64,000 nt of DNA from Raillietiella orientalis (lineage: Eukaryota): NCBI GenBank assembly GCA_036172245.1, contig JAYWIR010000027.1, positions 1,178,001 to 1,242,000 on the forward strand. The letters are read 5' to 3'. Both the position numbers and the translations under genes were made by a program. Below, one piece after another: positions 12,864 to 24,800 of the stretch. The notes under the pieces were generated by a model. The model was given only the letters and a program-made list of their open reading frames with translations. It was not told the DNA's origin and searched no databases. Positions within the stretch are counted from its first letter, which is position 1. Every line of letters starts with the position of its first letter.

Positions 12864-15800
12864 CTAGGAAACGGGAGAGGAAGAGAAAGAGCGAGGAGAA
12901 CGGCTCAGGCAGGGGAGGGAAGAGGGAGAAAGGGGAAGGGATACCGCAGGCGGCGTCTTGGAAACTTCTCCTGTCCTTGGCTCACTTCTGGAGCTGCTGC
13001 GCCGCCATCCCCTGCGGGAATCTCCAGAGCGGACGGGTGGCGAGGAGGCCAGGCCAACAGGAGGAGGTCCTTACCTTCCGGGTGCGCGGGGCCTCTGCCA
13101 TCACCGTGGAGACGGGAAGGAGGGGAAGGCGCGCGGGAGCCGGGAGGAGCTGGCGCTACGCGGGCGGGGAGGGATGGGCGCGCCTCTGCCACCGCATGGG
13201 TGACAGCGGGCCGGCCAACTGGAAGGGGGTCGCCGCACCAAGGTTAGCAAGGTCTCTTCGCCCACCCCCCCCTTTCCTCCTCCCCCTACCTGCGAGCGGA
13301 AGTTGACGCCCGCTCCAACGAGGCGCCTGGAGAGAACGACGGCGTGCAGGAAGGGGACGTCCTGGTCGGCGGTCCCGTGGGCCAGGTAGAAGAGTTTGGC
13401 CCTGAGGTTCTTCAGCCTGCCTAAAGAGGCGCCCTCGGCGCCGCCGGGGAAGCCGCCGTAGCCCTCCGCGAAGGGCGCGTCTGGGAAGAGAGGGAGCAAC
13501 CGGGGCAGTCGGCCAGGGGTGGTCCCCGCGCGTCGATGGCGCTCCCGGGGCCGACGGCGTTGGCGCAGGGAGAGGGTGCCAGAGGAAGACCCACAGGTTG
13601 TCCTCGGGGTCGCGAAGGGGTGCGTTACCGTGGCAGGGTCGGCAAGGTTATTCCAGCCCCACCCTACGTGAGCCCTCCGCTGGCTTTTCCGGGAGGCAGG
13701 CCGTTGACTCGACATGAGCATCGCGTCATGAAGGCGGCCTCTTCTAGGGGTTGGAAACGTCGCCCCAACCCCCTCGGAGCAGGAAGGGACCACCGCTCCG
13801 GTTCACGTGCACCTGCCGAAGACTTCCTGCTGCTCTCTGCAGCGACGCCCACCCCCGCGGACCCTCGTCTGCGTGCCCCCGTTCAGCGGGAGGTCGTCGA
13901 GGCAACCGCAGGCAGCAGGCGCCCTCCAGAGGACCGCCGGTTCCTCCCCAGGGCAGTCCCCTCTTCCTGGTTAGCCGCATAGGCCCCAGGGAGGCCGACG
14001 AGCAGCGGATCAGGGAGGCAGTCGTCTGGCGGCAACTCCGACGTCCCTCGGCGGGTCACTGGGTCCGCTCTCCGGGGCGCCGCTGCTGCCTAATGCTTAA
14101 CCGGCATGGTCAAGGTCACCTCCCGCTTCCGCGGTCTCGCGAAGAGGACGGGGAATCGGGAAGAGGGTAGGAGTTTGGACCTCGTGGCCGAGGCGCGGGC
14201 GCAGGGATAGGGGCCATGCGGAAGAGCCACGTAGTCGTGCTGTTGCCAGGGCGACCAGCTGCGGCGGCGGCCGAGGAAGGCCTTGGGAAAGGACTACGCC
14301 TCTAGCTGCTCACATCGCAGGAAGCCCATCGGGTCCTCGCAGCGACCCCGAGGCGCGTGGGGCTCAGGGTCGACGCCCCCTACTTACGGAAGGAGCGCCA
14401 GCTCCAGACAGGGGCGACGGAGACGCCGCAGCGGGGCAGAAATGCGTCCTCCAGCAGCACGTTGAGGGCGACATGGGCGCCGTACCCCCATCCCCACACC
14501 CCAACGGCCGTCTGGTTGATGAAATGGTAGCGACTGACTACCTCTCTGGAACAGGAGAGGCGCTGCGTGAGCAGGGGGAGAGCCGAAGGACGGCGCCGAG
14601 AGGTCTGTGAGGAAGACTCCAGCGCGGCGGGCCGCTCGGCTGCGGGCGTGGAGTCCTGCGCTGCGCACCGTTCCCTGCCCTCCCTAGGAAGGTCGAAGGG
14701 AAGCGCGCTGCTCTGGGAGAAATGAGGAAGCGGTCGGTCCGTCCCCGTTTCCATGGCGACCGGTCCGCTTCGGGAGGTGGCAATGCAAAGGCCACTGGCT
14801 CCCGCAGCCCTTCGAACCCGGGCGGAACGTTCATCTCGAGGTCCCTCCCATGCACCATTGCGCGCTCTCTCTGGGCAGCCTCCCTTCCGGCCTGCTGGAC
14901 GTCGCTGGCCGCCGCCGCGCGTCCCAGCAGTGATTCGCCTGCTGCTGCCTCTGGCGGCGGTCCCGACACACCGACCAATTGAGGACGGCCTCCTCCTGGG
15001 TCTCATTGAGGGATCTCAGGATCCGCCCCGGCGCCGGACTCGCCATCGGTCAACCGACTCACACGACTCCTTTGGGTCGTGTGAGTCGGTCGTTGCTGAT
15101 GCGGAAATCCCCGCCGGGTGGACGCGGTCACTCTGCAGCGGGCAGGTTGGCAGAGCTTCCATCTTGAAGATCCCCGTCGGGTGGGGATAGGATACGCCTC
15201 CCCTTGAGGGCTTCTAGACAGGGTGGACACGCGCGGAGAGGGGTGGAACACGGAGCCGCGTGCCCTTGGGAGGAAAGCAAGGGCTGTGGCCGGAAGACAT
15301 CCGGGCGACTTTCAAGGAAAGGCCTGCCCACGAAAGCACGAAAGGGCGCGTGCTTCGGTCATAGGGCTCCGCGCACCCAGCGATCGGCAACCTTCAGCAC
15401 TCTTGCTCTACGCTGCGGAATGCAGGAGTCTGCGCCACGGACCACAGCGCAGGGACCTCGCCGAGGCCCGGCAGTGCGTGGGATTCGGGGTGGGCGTCCC
15501 CTACTTATGGTAGGACAGAGGGCTCATGAATGCTCGACGCATCTCCGACGCCTCGGGCGACCTGCCTTCGGCGGAGCCGACCTCGGCGAGGGGCCCCTTC
15601 GGCAGACAGGTCGGCAGCTCCCGTGTCGCGCCGAACAGCAAGTCGTTCGTGTGCGCCTCGAAGGGAGCGTGCGATGGCGTGGTCGCAGGGAGACCGCGGG
15701 CTCACCTAAGGGCGGTCAGCAGCTGCCTGGAGACGGCTTCACCGGGGGGCGACCTGCCGTCTCCTCCCGGGGGGTCCTCCTGGATGTACACGATGATGTA

Positions 15801-18800
15801 GTTCCTGCTTGAGGACAGGTAGGAATCCCAGTCGAGGCGCCACCTCTCCACGTGCTCCAGGGACTCCGGAAGGTCACCCCTGGCCGGAAGAGGGAGAAAT
15901 GTCCTCCCCTGGACCGTCCGGTCGCGCAGCAACGCGCGCCCCGCCGCCGCCTCATCGGATCGCTCAGGGGGAGTCAGGGCGCCCGGTCTCCCCCACTCTT
16001 GCGGGGCGCCGGGAGTGGGCAGTGGCGGAAGAGTCCTTCTCCGCAAGCGGTGCGGGTGGACCCTCGGGATCAGCGCGAAGGGTGCTGGGGACTCTGACGT
16101 CACGAAGCCGAGCGCCGGGATGCTTCCCCGCTCCGGGACGGCTTTTCCCTTCGCTCTCTCGCTTCCTCTGCAGACCCTCCTTGGAAAGGGACGGGGAGGT
16201 CCCCGATCGGAGGTCAAAGGGGGAGCCATCAGCTGACTCCGCGCGCGCGATCCCCCCCTCCCCCAGCCTCGAGGGTCCGTCCGTGGGCGCATGCAAGTGA
16301 GGTGGAGGAGGAGGTGCTGCCGCCCCGTGGGAGTCCTGTGAGGCGACTGCCTGCCGGACACAAAGTAAGCATCTTCCGCGCGGGATCTCTGACAATGAGC
16401 TGGCTCTCCTCCATCTTGCTTGGGGCGAGAAGTACCCTGCGCGGAAAGAGTTGCAGCAACTGCTGCCAGGGGTTTGGCACGGTGCCCGCCGCTGGCGAGC
16501 GGGGGTGCGGAGGCAGTCCAGGAGGGAGGCTATTCGGTCGCTTGGCAACGGCCAGGAGAGAAAGAAGAAGGGGGTGAGCGTGGAGGGAGCGGCGGTCTCC
16601 TCGTGAGCTTTGAAGCCTCTTGGGAACTCTCGCGCTCTGTGGTTTCCAGAACGATCGTGTGAGAGACGTCCGAAAGAACTGCTTGAGGGCGGGCGCAGTC
16701 CTCGCGCTCGTGGTGGGGGGCTCTGGAACGGTGCGGTCGCGCAATTCCGTGACAGACCCCTGTCCTGAATGCCCTTCGGCTACAGCTGCCTCCTCTTCCC
16801 GCCGAGTGGCGCTCTCTGCTTGCCGTTCGGGCAGACTCCCCCTCCTCTCGCGGCAATTACAGCACAGCGCCGAGCGCAGTGGGCGACTCGCCTCCTTTGG
16901 CCCCCGCAACCTCCCGGTCCATCCGCAGAATCCCTGGGGAAGCGGACGGCTCCTTTCCCTGGGGCGGGACGGGACGGGGCTACCTCCGTCTCCTCGCCCC
17001 GGAAGGCGCAGAGCGAGGCTGGGAGGCCGCGGGTGGGACGAGAAGGGACGCGCTGCCGCTGCAGGGCGTGCGAGGTCGTCGGAGGCAGGCGAGAGCGTGG
17101 ACTAGATGCACTCACACGTGGAGGATGGCTGGGTACTGGTGGTCCTCGTACTCCCTGAGCTCGGGCGGGAGGAGCATCTTAACGACCAGCGAGCCCCCGG
17201 TCACGTTGATCCTCGAGTACATCACGGAGGGCAGCGACACGCTCCTCAGCCGTCCCTGCAAGGCCTCGTTCGTGTTGAGAACGAAGAGCGTGTGATCCCT
17301 CTGGCTGACCACGCCGCACCAGGGAATGCGGGGGCCCAGGCACTCCAAGATGAAGAAGTCGAAGGAGGGGCTGAAGAGGGCATGGTGGTACGAGCAAGCA
17401 GCGGGGTTGTGGCTGCCGTTCCGGTTGATGGCCGAGTAGCGGCGCTCCTCGCAGGTCAGGCACGTCGCGGCAGTCGGCGAGCGGCCGCCCACGTCGGCGA
17501 CCTTGTAGAGGTGGCGCTGCGCGCTCCTCCGGTGGGGCTTCGCGAGGAGGTACCTGGCGCGAGAGAAGGGAGAGTCAGAGGGGAATAGAAGAGGGGGGGA
17601 GAAAGGAAACGACCAGGAAGGCCTGGGCACGCGGCGGACGAGGCGGGGAAAGAGCGAAAGGCAGCGGCGCGCGCGGCCACTGAGGAAGCGGAAGCTGCGG
17701 CGCGGAAGTGAGAGAGGAAGACGCCGCAGTCGATCGGGGACCGTCCAGCGGCGATTTCCTGCATGGAAGGCAAGGTCGGTGGGAACCTCTTGCTCCTCCT
17801 CTCCGGAGGGATCTCCCTCAACTCCTGGTTTCCTCTTCCGAAGGAAAACCTCACGATTTCTCAGAAGGACACTTCCCAAAGGGAACAGAACGCTTCTTGA
17901 CACCCTGGAGAGGTATCGATCTACCGATCCCATGATAACGAATGGACTGCCCCACCTTTACAACCGGAGGGAGCCCCAGAACGACTCCTTGATGCCCTGG
18001 AGGGACTCTGGAGGGTCGACTCCCAATCCCGGAGGCAAGTCAAGGGGGCTTCCGGCTTCCACCACCTCCGCACTCGAAGCCCCGTGGGCCAACCAGGGTC
18101 ACTTTCCGGGAGGAGTACTCGAAACCCACGACACACCCCTCGCTCTCGGCGTCTATCGATCCTTCCCCGGGAGGGATCCGAACCCGTGACGCTTGGTGCT
18201 ACCGCTGGCGCCAACATAGGCTCGTTTCTTCCCTGGGAGTGGATGGGGGTGGAACCCCGTCCTGCTTCCAAAGACCCGTCAGCAGCTTCTCCTGGAACCA
18301 CTTTTGCCACGTTGCTGGTAGACATGTCCATGAACGCCGAATTCTGGAATGACGCTGCCATCTTGCCGAGATCGTTCCTCATGCGGTCCAGAGAGACTTT
18401 CGGCTCGAAGGACTTGGCCGTTCTTCATCGCCAGCGGTCCTTCGAAAGCCCTGTGAAGCATGGAAACCGAGGACCAGGCTTCCCCCCTCCCTCGTTTGCC
18501 CTCCGCGCCGCCAGCACTAACGCCTGCAGCCATCTGCTACGAACGTGGCGCACGCACCCTCGCGCGCACCGCGCCCGATCCTAGGAGCCACGGGCAGGTG
18601 GTTCCTCCTTTGCTCCAGTAACCCCACTCCCGTGCAGGCCCGGGCACCCTCCAGGCGGCACTGCTCCTCCACAGCCGGTGTTCCTGAGTCTGGCACGGTC
18701 GACAGCATCACGGGGCGCAGTTCGTGGGCACGACGTCCTCGCGGGGTCCGAGGGCGGCGGGAGTAGGGGCGGCCTCGCTGGCGGTGCAAGAGGGAGGAGC

Positions 18801-21800
18801 ACGCCGGTCCTGAAGGTGTTACGTGTCCGGGACGCCACCTGTGTGCCCTCCATTGGTGGTCAGCGCCCGTAGAGCATGACGACCTCCCGAGTGAGCGCGT
18901 GGCCCTCAAAGAGACGGCGCATCTGCCTCTCTTGCCGCCTTGCCTCCCGTTCGCCCCTTTCCCGGACAAGTTTGCGGGAAATGCCCTCGGGTCCCGGTGC
19001 TTCCGCCCGGATCGTTGTCTCACTCACGGGCGCCCGCGTCTCCCAAAGAGTCGCGTCTGGGCCCTCCCAGGAGTGGCCACCTCTGCTCCTCCAGAGCTGC
19101 TGCCCACGCGCTTGCAGCACACCGAGAGAAGGAAGGCCGTCCATCCCCCTGAGGGGGAAGCAACGGGCCCTCGGGGATCGTGGCGCGGAAGAGGACCCGT
19201 AAAAGCGGAAGTCCGGGCGAGCTCTCGGGCTCTTTTCCCAGTCAAGGGGCAGGGGTGCTCCCTTGAACCAAGGCCGTCAGCCGAGTCTACGCTCGAAGGA
19301 TCAGCGGGCTGCACGGCGCGAGGCGTCCCTGCGGAACGCCCTCGGAGCCGCGAGAGGCGCGGTGAGCTGCTCTTTCCGAGCGCCCTGCCACCTTCCCGGC
19401 GGACGGGCCGCCGGTCCAGGACAAGCAGGTCCTCAGTACGAGTAGCAGCAGAGCTGCTGCCCGATGGGATAGGTGACGAAACGGACAAAGGGCAGAGTGG
19501 TGAGGAGGAACGGACGGTGCTGTGGCCGCTGCTGCTGCTGCTGATCATGATGATGAGGAGGAGGAAGAGTGGTGTAGGAGTTGTAGGGAAGGGGAGGTAG
19601 GGAGGCTGCAAAAGACCACTCACAGCTCGTTGCTCTCCTCGTTCCATCCCAGCACTTCCTCCACGTCCAAGGGAGCGGCGGTCAGAGGGCGCAGCTCGTC
19701 CCCGCTCAGGGTCCCCAAGGCGGCGTGCCTGGAACCGTCCGCTCTACCCGCCACGAGGATATAGGACTTCTGCTTCCCGGAGAAGGAAGCCACGGACGGG
19801 TACCGCATTGGGCGCAGGGAGGCGGACTCCTGATGGACCTGCAGGAGACGCGGGCGCAGCGTGGGGTCAGACTACGGGACGGAACTCACCTTCCTGCACT
19901 GCCAGGCGGGCGGCTGGCACACGGCCAGCAGGAACGCGTCCTGCTTCCTGGGGGTCCAGAGAACCGCGAGGCTCGCGTCGTCCAGCCATCGGCAGGAGAT
20001 CATGTAGGACTCCCTGGAAGAGAAGGGGAAACTTTCGGGAAAAGGTTCTTCCGGCGGGAAACGACGGCCTTTCCCCACTCCTTTGTTCCCTTTCCTGGAA
20101 ATCCCTTTCTCTGGGTTTCCATAGGCTACGGGAAAAGAGAGAGGCGACTGGGTACACCAAGCGAGCGGGCAGGAATCCTAGATGCCCCTCTCCATTACAC
20201 CTGCGATACGATTGGTCTTCGGCTTGGAGAAAAGGTGACCTCTCAGTGTTTCCTGGGTTACGTAAGGGAAGGACGGGAAGCAGAAGGAGGCAGGAAACGA
20301 CGTCTCAAGGGTGTCATATTCCAGATGATCCCCCGAATCGAGGCGGGTCGCACATGTCCACCGCTAGCTAGGGGGTCTCCATCCTCCCTGCGCACCAGAT
20401 CGCTCATCAGGAAGGGCCTCGCTTCCGGGCCTCCGTGACCCATATTCCTTTCCCAACCTCCCGAGTGGCTTCGTCCCGGTGCTTCCGTGCAGCAAGGCGG
20501 CTCGCATCGCTAGAGCCGGTGCGACGAGCATGCAGCGCCCACTCGAATCCAACGAGGGCACGCCTAGAGACGCCTAGTCTGGAATTTGGGAGGGAATTTC
20601 GCAGAGGAAGAGTGACTAGACAGCACAGAGGAGGCACAGCTATGCTCAGATGCACCCCGTTCGAACCGTGATCGTTTCGCAACCCGCCCGCTAGATGCCA
20701 CAAAAACCTTGCCAACGACAGCCTTCGCCACCTACCGTCATCTCCAATACTTTGTAAGTCTCCCGCTAGATGCCAACCAAATCGCCAACACAGATCCCTC
20801 CTCCACTCCCTTCCCATTTGAAAACGGGATCGGGAAACGATCTCATTCCCTATGCTCAGAGTCAACTCGTGGAGGGAACCTTAGCTAGGCGATCAGCCAA
20901 GAGGGACTAGTAGAGGGAAAGCCCAGACCTGGGAGAGGGGAGACCGGAGGAAGACAGAACCACGGGTCATCCGGATGCCCTGGATAGAAAGAGCAGCGGA
21001 ACGGCTGTGAGAAACTGGGTCGCTCAGCTTCCCCTCCTGTTTCCCAGGCACTGCTGTAGGGACTCGTATCGGATGGAAATCTCATAGACACTGCCCACTC
21101 TGCAGCAGGAATCCCAGTCTCCTCGCTTCCGAAATGCGGCTACCCCTTCCCGAAGGGGTTATCCACAAAACATGGCGCAGGGGCGGGTCAGTTCATACGG
21201 GTGCTCCTTCGGAGGCACACCAAAGAGGCTTCCTTGGATACCACCAAGTTACGTGGCATTCTGGAGGGAGCGGCTCCACCCTCAGGCGGAGCCTCCGGCC
21301 CTGGCGGCCGCCCACCAGTCTGGGGTGGAACGGGTAGAGGCCACAACGGTGCGCGCGCGACCTTGGAAACGCCGTTCCTTCCTCGCGATCCCTTTCGCTC
21401 GACCTTCTCTCCCTGCAGGCTACTGGTCTTCTGCTGCCGGCCTGCAGCCCTCCTCATGGCACTGCTGCTGCTGCAGTTCTTCGTCTGCCACGTCACCACC
21501 AGTCCGTCGTCCTCGAGCTGATCCTCCTGGTGGCTGTCTCCGTGCTCGCTGTCCTGACCTCCACCGCACGCCGTGTCCTCCTTGGTTCCGGTGGTTCTCT
21601 AAGTACCCTCGCTCTGGATGAGGGATGGGGGTGAGGTGGGCTTCGCGTCTCGAAGGCGTCGTTGACGGCGGCGGGCGGTTGCAGAGCGGCTCGGGTCGGG
21701 GGGACACGCTGGCAGTGCCATCTGCGAGAGGGTCTCACAACGACAGCTCGCCGCGCTCCGGCGGTGGGCTTTCGCCTGCGTGCTTTTCGGCGACCGCAGG

Positions 21801-24800
21801 GCTGCCTGTCGCGCCCTCGGCCCTTCGGGTTCGTCTGCTACTCCCGGACCCGAATAGCTGACGCAGGTTCCCTTCGGGTTTCTCCCTCTTCCTTTCCTTC
21901 TGCCTCGTCCCTCGACAGGAAGCTCGGCTGGAGACGCGTCCTGACCCCTTCCCGCTCGTCGTCGTCGTCCGCCTAGGAGAGAAGGGGGAAGGGGGTGATG
22001 GAAGGTCGAGGAGGGCCGAGGAGAAGGAGCAGTTCCCTTCCTTGCCTTTCTGGAGTTCCCGCCGAGGATCGAAGGTGCTCCCGTCGGGGAACTTCCTGTT
22101 GACTGGACTCGCGCCAGGTGCTCCTGTTCCTGGGAGGCTGTCAAGTCGGGGGGCGCGCTCGCAGACGGCATTGCGAGCAGGACGCAGAAGGATAGCTCGC
22201 CACGCTCCGGCGGAGGGCTTTCGCCTGCGAGCTTTCTGGCAGCACTGGCTGCATCCTCGGGCTGATCCACGCGGACAGCGGCCTCTCGCCGTTCTCTCAC
22301 GCGCTTCCCATCCCTCCAGATGACCCCCGACCCCGCCCTTCGAGCACCTGAGAAAGATGAAGGAGCGCGGCCGCTGATGGCAGCTTCCCCGAGCGCTCGG
22401 CAATGGAACAACGCCTCCCTCCAGGTACTAGAGAGGTGCTCGTCATATCTGGGATCGAGAGCATACCCATCGCTACAAGGAGAGGGGGAACCCTGCTCTC
22501 CTAGAAGGGTCGCGCGGCCTGGAGCCCTCAGGGGTCGAGGAAAGGAGAAAGCCGCCGCGTAGGCAGAGGCGGTTGGGGGTGGATGGGATGCGAGATCGCA
22601 CTTACGAGGGTCGCAACCCTGCAGGGGGAGACACGTCGACGGTCGCGTTGGGCTTCTTCAGGTCCACGACCTTCGGGGTGAACGTAGGGATGCTGGACCC
22701 CGCCTGGAAGAGCAAGGGGGGAGAGTTTCCCTCTTGGCGAGCTGCGCCCTCCAGGGAGGGAGGAGGGGCGCCACCCACCGTTACCTTGGCGAAGCGGAAG
22801 GAGGAAAGTTCCGGGTACTCGTTGCCTTCCTCCTCGGATCCCGCGTAGCTCAGTCCGTGCATCCGGAAGACCTGGGACGTGTCGACGCTCCCGAAGGCGA
22901 GGAAACTTCCCCGGGGAGAGAACCACAGCAGCTTCGGTGTCCTGGCGAGGTACTCTGGGAAGGGGCGCCGTGGAGCCGGGTGAGGAGAGAGCGTCCGCCA
23001 GAAGAAAGCAAGGCCACTCGCGGGGATAGGGAACCCGGCGGCCGCGCGCGATCAACCCGCTCTGCGCCCGGCACATGCGACGCCCTCATGACGTCACTCC
23101 GCGACTTCCTGCGCGCGCCCGCTAGAGGAGCGTGCGCCGTCCGAACATGCGAGCTCGTGACACATGTCCCTCTGGCAGCAGCAACGAGCGCCGTCTGCTG
23201 CGGGCCCGGAGTCGACCGCGGTGCTGCTGCACAGTGCTGCCGCCAGCTCCTTGCGGAGAAGGCTGGCCGCCACTGAAGGAACGTCTCGAGCAGCTGCTCC
23301 CCCGCTCCCGATCCTGGGGGAACAGGGGTGGAGGAGTGGAAAGGGAGGTACCTCTGTGCAGAAGGTCGGGAATGCCGTTGTACACGGAGCCTCCTGCCCC
23401 GTCCGCAGTCAGCTCGTGGACGGTCCGCCCGTCCACCTCCGGCTTGTAGAAGACGTCGTTCCGGAAGACCATGGCCACACCGCTACCTACGGCTGACCAT
23501 TCCGCGAGCTGCAGCCGAGGATGCCGGTGGTCCCCCGGGAAGGGAGTGAGCCGGAAGACCGACCTGAGGAAGCAGGGATGGTGACGGGAGCGAAGGAAGG
23601 GCGAAGGGCGCACGGTTGAGGGAGACCATGCCCGCTGGAGGGAGGCAGCTCCTCCCGCTTCCAATGTTTCCCCGTAGGGGAGTGCCTCCTCCGAGCGGAG
23701 ACGCGCCTTCCCACCCAGGCGACTTTCAGGTCCCTGGAGTCAGGGTAGGCGGAGGGGACGGGACTGCAGAGGCATCGGGGGTGGAATGGGAGATTCGAGT
23801 TCCTGAATTTCGCCTCCCAAACGCCCCCTGATACCCCCTCCCTGTCCCTCAAGACACCGTCACCCGACCCCCACTGTCCGCTGCCCCCTACTCACTGTTT
23901 CTGGATGTCGAAGACGCTGTACCTGGCTCTCTCAGGCTCGTCCCCTAGCTACGGAAGCAGAACGAGCTATACTGCTTCCAGGGGCTTCCAGGGAAGGATG
24001 GGAGGGAGATAAGGAGGTCTCTCTTTCCCATCCACCCCTGACAGGGGCGGCTCACCTTGACGACGCCATGCTTGATGAGCAGGAAGCGCTGGTCCGCAGA
24101 CATCGCGTAGTCGTCCGAGTCGAAGTGCTCCTGGAAAAGAAGGGTCCTCAGGATGGCAGGACGCCGGGAGCGTCCTCCGGGAATCAGGAAGGTCAGCTTT
24201 CAGGACCCCGCGAGCGCGCCCCCGGCCTTGACAGCCTCCCAGGAACAGGAGCACCTGGCGCGAGTCCAGTCAACAGGAAGTTCCCCGACGGGAGCACCTT
24301 CGATCCTCGGCGGGAACTCCAGAAAGGCAAGGAAGGGAACTGCTCCTTCTCCTCGGCCCTCCTCGACCTTCCATCACCCCCTTCCCCCTTCTCTCCTAGG
24401 CGGACGACGACGACGAGCGGGAAGGGGTCAGGACGCGTCTCCAGCCGAGCTTCCTGTCGAGGGACGAGGCAGAAGGAAAGGAAGAGGGAGAAACCCGAAG
24501 GGAACCTGCGTCAGCTATTCGGGTCCGGGAGTAGCAGACGAACCCGAAGGGCCGAGGGCGCGACAGGCAGCCCTGCGGTCGCCGAAAAGCACGCAGGCGA
24601 AAGCCCACCGCCGGAGCGCGGCGAGCTGTCGTTGTGAGACCCTCTCGCAGATGGCACTGCCAGCGTGTCCCCCCGACCCGAGCCGCTCTGCAACCGCCCG
24701 CCGCCGTCAACGACGCCTTCGAGACGCGAAGCCCACCTCACCCCCATCCCTCATCCAGAGCGAGGGTGCTGAGAGAACCACCGGAACCAAGGAGGACACG

